A stretch of 64,000 nucleotides of DNA from Candidatus Latescibacterota bacterium. GTDB taxonomy: Bacteria; Latescibacterota; UBA2968; GCA-2709665. The notes under the pieces were generated by a model. The model saw nothing but the letters and a program-made list of their open reading frames with translations, was not told the DNA's origin and ran no database searches. Within the stretch, counting starts at the first letter, position 1, and every line of letters begins with the position of its first letter. Below, piece after piece: positions 58,860-64,000 of the stretch. The stretch is from assembly GCA_965203805.1 (NCBI GenBank), contig OZ241917.1:2272001-2336000 (forward strand), written 5' to 3'. The position numbers were made by a program, and so were the translations under genes.

Positions 58860-58885
58860 GACATCCCTCCGTCAAATGCAAGATA

Positions 58886-59515
58886 TCAGAGTTCATCCAC
58901 GGGTCTTGCCCGGTGCTTTTCCTCACCGCGCTCTATATCAGGAAAGTGGTACACCACAAGACCGGAATCGGAAACGCGCACCTCGGCGCTGCCTTTTTCC
59001 CCCAGGATGCGCAGGATCTCGTCCGCCTTTTCCACGGTCATTCTCCCATCCGTGGCCGCTTCCAGCACGGTAAGGCTGCCTCCCTTTTCTCGGGCGAGCC
59101 TGAGCAGGCGATGTTGATATTGCGCGTATCGTTTCAGGTCGGCCGATTCGTGAGCCCTGCGCCCGGCAAGCCTGAAGACAACTGCGCCGGTCAGTGACAG
59201 GATAAAAAGCAGCGCCTCCGGGTGAAACGAGCGCTCGACAATGCTCATGACGAAGGGGACGATCGCGGCGAACAGACACAAGATCGCGGCGGCTTTCAGA
59301 AAGTGTCCGAGGACGTATCGCATGTCGCAGCTCCAATTGATGGCCATGTCCGAGATTCGTGTCGACAGACCCTGGGACCTTGAACGGCAAACCTGACGCT
59401 GGTATTGCCGCCCATTGCCGCCCCTCCGGGCCGCCTCCACGGCCTTTTTCGCATCGCGCACGGCATTCCTGACTTCATACGCGATCTCGTCCAGAATTTT
59501 CTGTACGTCACGCAT
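58886..59515 (-). CDS. Membrane protein with C-terminal winged-helix-like domain
   Basis: Two TMs then LLRLAREKGGSLTVLEAA..EKADEIL..VSDSGLVVYHF; overlaps the pspA stop. Confidence 0.7.
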   Translation of the reverse strand: MRDVQKILDEIAYEVRNAVRDAKKAVEAARRGGNGRQYQRQVCRSRSQGLSTRISDMAINWSCDMRYVLGHFLKAAAILCLFAAIVPFVMSIVERSFHPEALLFILSLTGAVVFRLAGRRAHESADLKRYAQYQHRLLRLAREKGGSLTVLEAATDGRMTVEKADEILRILGEKGSAEVRVSDSGLVVYHFPDIERGEEKHRARPVDEL

Positions 59516-60185
59516 CGGACTTGCGCATCCTGTCTTTCAGGGCCTGCAGTTCCTCTTCCACGGTGTTCCGCCGCTCCAGCTTTTCGAACGAGTCTTCGAG
59601 CGAAGGATCTTCCCCCGCGATTTCGGCGTGCGCATGGGCCTCTGCTTCTTCGGTCTCTACACGATTACGGAAGCGCTCGAAGCTCGAAAACGCGTCGTCG
59701 CCGATGCCCGATAGGCCCTGGGCGATCTGCTTTCTCGCCTGGGCGGCGCGGCGCCGGGCGATGAGAGCGCCCTGGCGGGTGCGCGCCTCGTCCAGTTTGG
59801 ATTTGAGCTGCGTCAGTTGCTTCTTGAGCTGATCGGAGGTCTTGTGGCTTTCGTCGAAAGCGACTTCCAGATCCCGGGCGGCTTTTTCAACCGCGGCCTT
59901 TCGTTCCAGGGCGCGCCGGGCCAGGTCGTCTTCGCCGGATTCGACGGCCAGTTCCGCCTTCTTCTGCCAGGACTCGATCTGGTCCGTCTTCTCCAGCAAC
60001 TGACGCTCGAGGCGTTTTTCGTTGGCAACCGCGGTGCCGACGGACGCGGTTGCCTTGTTGACGGCCTCTTCCATTTCAAGGATCATCTGCCGGATCATCT
60101 TTTCCGGATCTTCGGCGCGATTCAGAAGATCATTGATGTTGGCCTTGACGATGTCCGCCATGCGGGAGAAGATTCCTTTGGCCAT
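59508..60185 (-). CDS. pspA: Phage shock protein A (PspA/IM30)
   Basis: GIFSRMADIVKANINDLLNRAEDPEKMIRQMILEMEE, GEDDLARRAL, VEEELQALK; AAAGGAG RBS. Confidence 0.95.
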   Translation of the reverse strand: MAKGIFSRMADIVKANINDLLNRAEDPEKMIRQMILEMEEAVNKATASVGTAVANEKRLERQLLEKTDQIESWQKKAELAVESGEDDLARRALERKAAVEKAARDLEVAFDESHKTSDQLKKQLTQLKSKLDEARTRQGALIARRRAAQARKQIAQGLSGIGDDAFSSFERFRNRVETEEAEAHAHAEIAGEDPSLEDSFEKLERRNTVEEELQALKDRMRKSDA

Positions 60186-60277
60186 GGTCTTTCTCCTTTC
60201 TATCGTGGGTCTTTTGATCCCACGAGGGTGGAAAAATCCGATTTCCTGGTATAATTCAGGGTTCTGCCGACATTCCT

Positions 60278-60293
60278 TGCAAGTATCGTACCC
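60278..60293 (-). promoter_or_regulatory. Putative sigma54 promoter of the psp operon
   Basis: GGGTAC-GATAC-TTGCA: GG and GC correctly spaced, -24 element imperfect. Confidence 0.65.
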
Positions 60294-60380
60294 GTTTGAC
60301 GAAAAAGCTGACGCCGCTGTTAAATATCGGTATTTAGAGGATTTAGACAAATCTTCAAAATCATGTCACCAATAGAAGTT

Positions 60381-60414
60381 GGTGAAAATCGCCGTACGCA
60401 AGGCGAAAACGACC
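60381..60414. promoter_or_regulatory. Putative PspF-type enhancer (UAS) pair
   Basis: GGTGAAAATCGCC and GGCGAAAACGACC, 21 bp apart, about 90-120 bp upstream of the -24 element. Confidence 0.62.
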
Positions 60415-60560
60415 GGATCGCACGGCCGTCGAATGCCTGATCATGAGCGGTGCCGACTTGTCTTTTGGTAACAAATGGCGTAATATCTGAGGTGCTCTGC
60501 CGGTTGAAACCGACCGGTGCGGTCGCCGTTTCATTCGAGTTGCGGTGTTAGACCATCATT

Positions 60561-61682
60561 ATGAAAAACTGTCGCCATTTGCGCCTGCTCAGTGTCGCTC
60601 TCTGCATGGTCATGTTGCTCGCCAGCCCCCTTGCCGGGCTCTCGCTGGTGTACACGGTCCGGAAGGGGGACTCTCTCTGGTCCATTGCACAGGAGAACGG
60701 GACGAGCATCCGGGAGATCAAGCGAATCAACAAGCTGCGCACCAATAACGTCTATCCGGGCCAGGTGCTGCGCCTGGGCCCGCGGATCGTCAAATACGAC
60801 GCGCCAAACGGTCCGTACTACTGGCGAAAGCCAAGGGCATCGAGGCAAAGGCATCGCAGCTACTCCGAGCGCGCGCGCTCGGCCCCAAGTGTAGACTATC
60901 GCCGGGCCCAGACCCTGCTGCGCGCCTTCGACAACGAGATTCTCGCCAAGGCGCCCAAGCGAAGGAAGAAACCGCTGAAGGGCTGGTGGATCGTACTCGA
61001 CCCGGGGCACGGGGGCATCGATCCGGGCGCGATCGTTTCCAATTTGACGGGCAAGAAACGGCGGGTCTACGTTGTCGAGGATGAGTATGTATACGATATC
61101 GCACTGCGGGTGTACAAGAGACTTCGGCTTTTGGGCGCGGAGGTGACACTCACGGTGATCAGCCCCAATCATCTGATTCGGGAAAACCAGGAGGCCAAAG
61201 TTACATTTGTCCACGAACAGAACGAAGTCTATAACGATGAACGGTACAATCGGAGGAATTCGGACAAGGTGCGGCCCAGGAGCGCCAATCTCTCACAGCG
61301 CGTCCGGGTTGCGAACCGCTTCGTCAAGCGGGCGCGCGGGGGCAGGAGCCTGTTTATCTCGCTGCACGCGGACAACACTCCCGGACGACCTAGGGGAGCC
61401 CTGGCGATCTATCATAAACGGCGGGGCAGGGTTGACAGCCGGTCCAGGTCATTCGCCCGCGTCATGCGTTCGGTCCTGCACCGGCGGGACCTTCCGGCGC
61501 GGGTCAAGGGGCGGAATCTTGCGGTGTTGCGGAACAATCTGGCCCACGCGGAGATTCTGGTCGAGGTCCACAACGTCCACTATGAGAGCGACGCTTATCT
61601 GATCCGGTACCATAAGCATCGGGAGCGCGACGCGGATCGGCTGGTAAACGGCATCCTGGCGTATGCCAGGACAAAGCGATGA
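60561..61682 (+). CDS. LysM + N-acetylmuramoyl-L-alanine amidase (Amidase_3)
   Basis: YTVRKGDSLWSIA LysM; IVLDPGHGG, E, FISLHAD, ILVEV zinc/catalytic motifs. Confidence 0.92.
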   Translation: MKNCRHLRLLSVALCMVMLLASPLAGLSLVYTVRKGDSLWSIAQENGTSIREIKRINKLRTNNVYPGQVLRLGPRIVKYDAPNGPYYWRKPRASRQRHRSYSERARSAPSVDYRRAQTLLRAFDNEILAKAPKRRKKPLKGWWIVLDPGHGGIDPGAIVSNLTGKKRRVYVVEDEYVYDIALRVYKRLRLLGAEVTLTVISPNHLIRENQEAKVTFVHEQNEVYNDERYNRRNSDKVRPRSANLSQRVRVANRFVKRARGGRSLFISLHADNTPGRPRGALAIYHKRRGRVDSRSRSFARVMRSVLHRRDLPARVKGRNLAVLRNNLAHAEILVEVHNVHYESDAYLIRYHKHRERDADRLVNGILAYARTKR

Positions 61683-61787
61683 TTTCCCGGTGATCGCATT
61701 CGAACGTGGCCGTCAACGGGCGCCGGTGGCGTTGATCGCCGGTCCTCGCAGATTCCGGTGCGGCAGACCGGAGAATCACGGCCTGGC

Positions 61788-64000
61788 CTACCGCATGAAT
61801 CTCCTGATCCGGAGTGAATTCGAGATGACCGAGACGGAACTCAGGGCCATGGCGCCGGCCGCGACCATGGGACCCCCGAGCGGATTGAGCAGGCCGAGCG
61901 CGGCGACCGGAATCAGCAGAACGTTGTAGACGAACGCCCAGAACAGGTTCTGGCGGATCGTGCGCATGGTCCGGCCCGACAGGCGGATGGCGGTTTCTAT
62001 TCCGGACAGGCTGCCGGACATCAGGGTGATGTCCGCGGTTTCCATGGCGACGCCCGTGCCGGTCCCCATGGCGATGCCGACGTCCGCGGTCGCGAGGGCG
62101 GGCGCGTCGTTGACGCCATCCCCGACCATGGCGACTCGGTGACGCCCGGCTTGCAGGGTTGCGATTCGGGCGGCTTTCTCGTCGGGCATCACCCCGGCGA
62201 TGACCTGTGCGATACCTGCCTGCTCCGCGATGGCGCGGGCGGTTCCGGGGTGATCTCCCGACAGGAGGATGACGTCCAGTTCCAGTGACTTCAGATCGGA
62301 GACGACGCCGGCCGCGTCGGGCTTCAGGACGTCCGCGACACCAATGAGCCCTTCCACCTGATTGTCGACGACAACAAACAGGACCGTCTTGCCGCCGGCT
62401 TCGAGACGTGCGGCCCGTGCGTCCAGGTCGTCAGGCACTGAAGTATGACGCTGCATCAACCGCCGGTTGCCCAGAAAAATGGCGCGACCGGCTTTTTTTG
62501 CGCGTATGCCCAGCCCTGGCAGGGCTTCGAATTCCAGGGCATCTTCCGCTGACAGTCCCCGTTCCCGCGCCGCGTTTCGGATCGCCGCCCCGAGGGGGTG
62601 TTCGGAGCCCCGCTCGGCTGCAGAGGCGAACTGAAGGATTTCCGTTTCCGTGCATGATCCGGCGGTGACCAGATCGGTCACGGCGGGCCGGCCGGTCGTC
62701 AGGGTACCTGTCTTGTCCAGGACAATCGTGTCGAGCCGGTGCGCGGATTCGAGGATGTCGCCGCCCTTGATGAGAACCCCGAGTTCCGCCGCACGGCCGG
62801 TGCCCACCAGAATGGCGGTCGGTGTGGCAAGGCCGAGCGCGCAAGGACAGGCGATGATGAGGACCGCAACGGCGTTGAGCAGCGCGTCGGGGTCGCCGGA
62901 ACCTGAACCCGCGATCCACCACAGGGCGAACGTCATCACCGCAATCCCGAAAACCACAGGTACAAAAACGCCGGCAACGCGGTCTGCGACGCGCTGAACG
63001 GGCGCGCGCGAGCCCTGAGCCTGCCGCACCATCCGGACGATTCGCGCGTGCACCGTCTCGGCGCCGACCTGCGACGCCTCGAAAGTAAAGCTTCCCGTCC
63101 CGTTGAGGGTTGCCCCCAGGACACGGCTGCCGACGCCCTTCTCAACGGGCATGCTTTCCCCTGAAATCACGGATTCGTCGATGCTGGATGAGCCGTCCCG
63201 AACAACCCCGTCCACCGGGATTCTGTCGCCCGGCCTGATGCGAATCAGGTCTCCGGCGGCGACGTCGTCCAAGGGAACGAGCGATTCTTCGCCATCGCGA
63301 ATCACGCAGGCGGTCTGCGGGCGGAGGTCCATTAATCCGCGGATCGCTTCGGTGATGCGCCCGCGGGAGCGGATTTCCAGGACCCGTCCCAGAAGGATGA
63401 GCGTAACGATCATCGCTGAGGTGTCGAAGTAGACATTTACGGGCTGGCCCTCTCCGGCGACGGACGTGGGCGCCAGCACGCCGGCGACGCTGTATCCGTA
63501 CGCCGCAAGCGTTCCGACGGCAATGAGGCTGTTCATGTCTGCAGTCCCATGGCGCAGGGCGCTCCAGAACCCTTTGAGAAACCGCCAGCCGCACCAGAAT
63601 TGCACGGGGGTTGCCAGGACGAACAGCAACAGATGCACCTCTCGCAGGGAGAACGGCGTACTATGGATCTTTTGCACCATCCCCACGCCCATAATGAGTG
63701 TTGACAGCACAGCCGCAACGACGAAACGCACACGCGCCGCACGGCGATCCTCGAGTTCCGTCGTCCGGTCTCCGTCTTCTACGGTTGCACTCTCCTCCAG
63801 GGCCGTCGCGCCGTATCCGGCATCGACTGCCGCCCCGGTGAGAAAGGACGCGTCGACGTGGAGATGGCGGACAGTCGCGTGACCGGTTGCAAGGTTGACC
63901 GTGGCGTCAATGACGCCGGGAATCCCGTTTAATGCACTCTCGACGCGGGAAACGCAGGCGGCACAACTCATGTCGTGAATGACGAGCGTCGATTCGGCGG
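61788..64000 (-). CDS. copA: Cu(I)-exporting P1B-type ATPase, 5' end off the window
   Basis: [31 protein letters not shown] and M..SS TM ligands; frame open to the window edge. Confidence 0.93.
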   Translation of the reverse strand, partial: AESTLVIHDMSCAACVSRVESALNGIPGVIDATVNLATGHATVRHLHVDASFLTGAAVDAGYGATALEESATVEDGDRTTELEDRRAARVRFVVAAVLSTLIMGVGMVQKIHSTPFSLREVHLLLFVLATPVQFWCGWRFLKGFWSALRHGTADMNSLIAVGTLAAYGYSVAGVLAPTSVAGEGQPVNVYFDTSAMIVTLILLGRVLEIRSRGRITEAIRGLMDLRPQTACVIRDGEESLVPLDDVAAGDLIRIRPGDRIPVDGVVRDGSSSIDESVISGESMPVEKGVGSRVLGATLNGTGSFTFEASQVGAETVHARIVRMVRQAQGSRAPVQRVADRVAGVFVPVVFGIAVMTFALWWIAGSGSGDPDALLNAVAVLIIACPCALGLATPTAILVGTGRAAELGVLIKGGDILESAHRLDTIVLDKTGTLTTGRPAVTDLVTAGSCTETEILQFASAAERGSEHPLGAAIRNAARERGLSAEDALEFEALPGLGIRAKKAGRAIFLGNRRLMQRHTSVPDDLDARAARLEAGGKTVLFVVVDNQVEGLIGVADVLKPDAAGVVSDLKSLELDVILLSGDHPGTARAIAEQAGIAQVIAGVMPDEKAARIATLQAGRHRVAMVGDGVNDAPALATADVGIAMGTGTGVAMETADITLMSGSLSGIETAIRLSGRTMRTIRQNLFWAFVYNVLLIPVAALGLLNPLGGPMVAAGAMALSSVSVISNSLRIRRFMR

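Noticed and set aside
59508-60350. Track's extended N-termini for pspA, flotillin, ECF sigma, STAS and the 1415-aa ORF
   Set aside because: Downstream starts have clear SD sites or a signal peptide and match family N-termini; the pspA extension runs over its promoter.

Overview
GC-rich bacterial window (about 60% GC by eye). GWxTD/TPR proteins and a secreted protein with a FlgD-Ig/PNPFN tail suggest an FCB-superphylum organism such as Latescibacterota; this is inference. Housekeeping content: partial topA, a BatA/VWA protein, PTS EIIA, a ClC channel, a split pyruvate:ferredoxin oxidoreductase directly followed by aceE-aceF-lpdA, ino1 with a divergent LysR, thiI, a LysM amidase and a partial CopA. 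Three clear toxin-antitoxin pairs (VapBC, AbiE, PIN/RHH) and a DUF6883/DUF4926-like pair are interspersed. The most interesting part is 41.5-60.4 kb, all on the minus strand. It holds an expanded phage-shock (Psp) locus: PspA, three membrane proteins sharing a PspB-like tail, a Ser-less STAS, an ECF sigma, NfeD/flotillin, a soluble TPR histidine kinase and a REC-PspF-like sigma54 activator. This runs into a lower-GC island where a second sigma54 promoter with the same PspF-type enhancer boxes appears to drive two micro-proteins, each preceded by the same RNA hairpin, followed by a beta-CASP ribonuclease. Beyond that lies a direct-repeat-flanked DUF6883 / DUF4926-SNF2 helicase cassette. No rRNA, tRNA, CRISPR array, integrase or transposase was recognised. 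All family calls are from motif recognition, not database searches.
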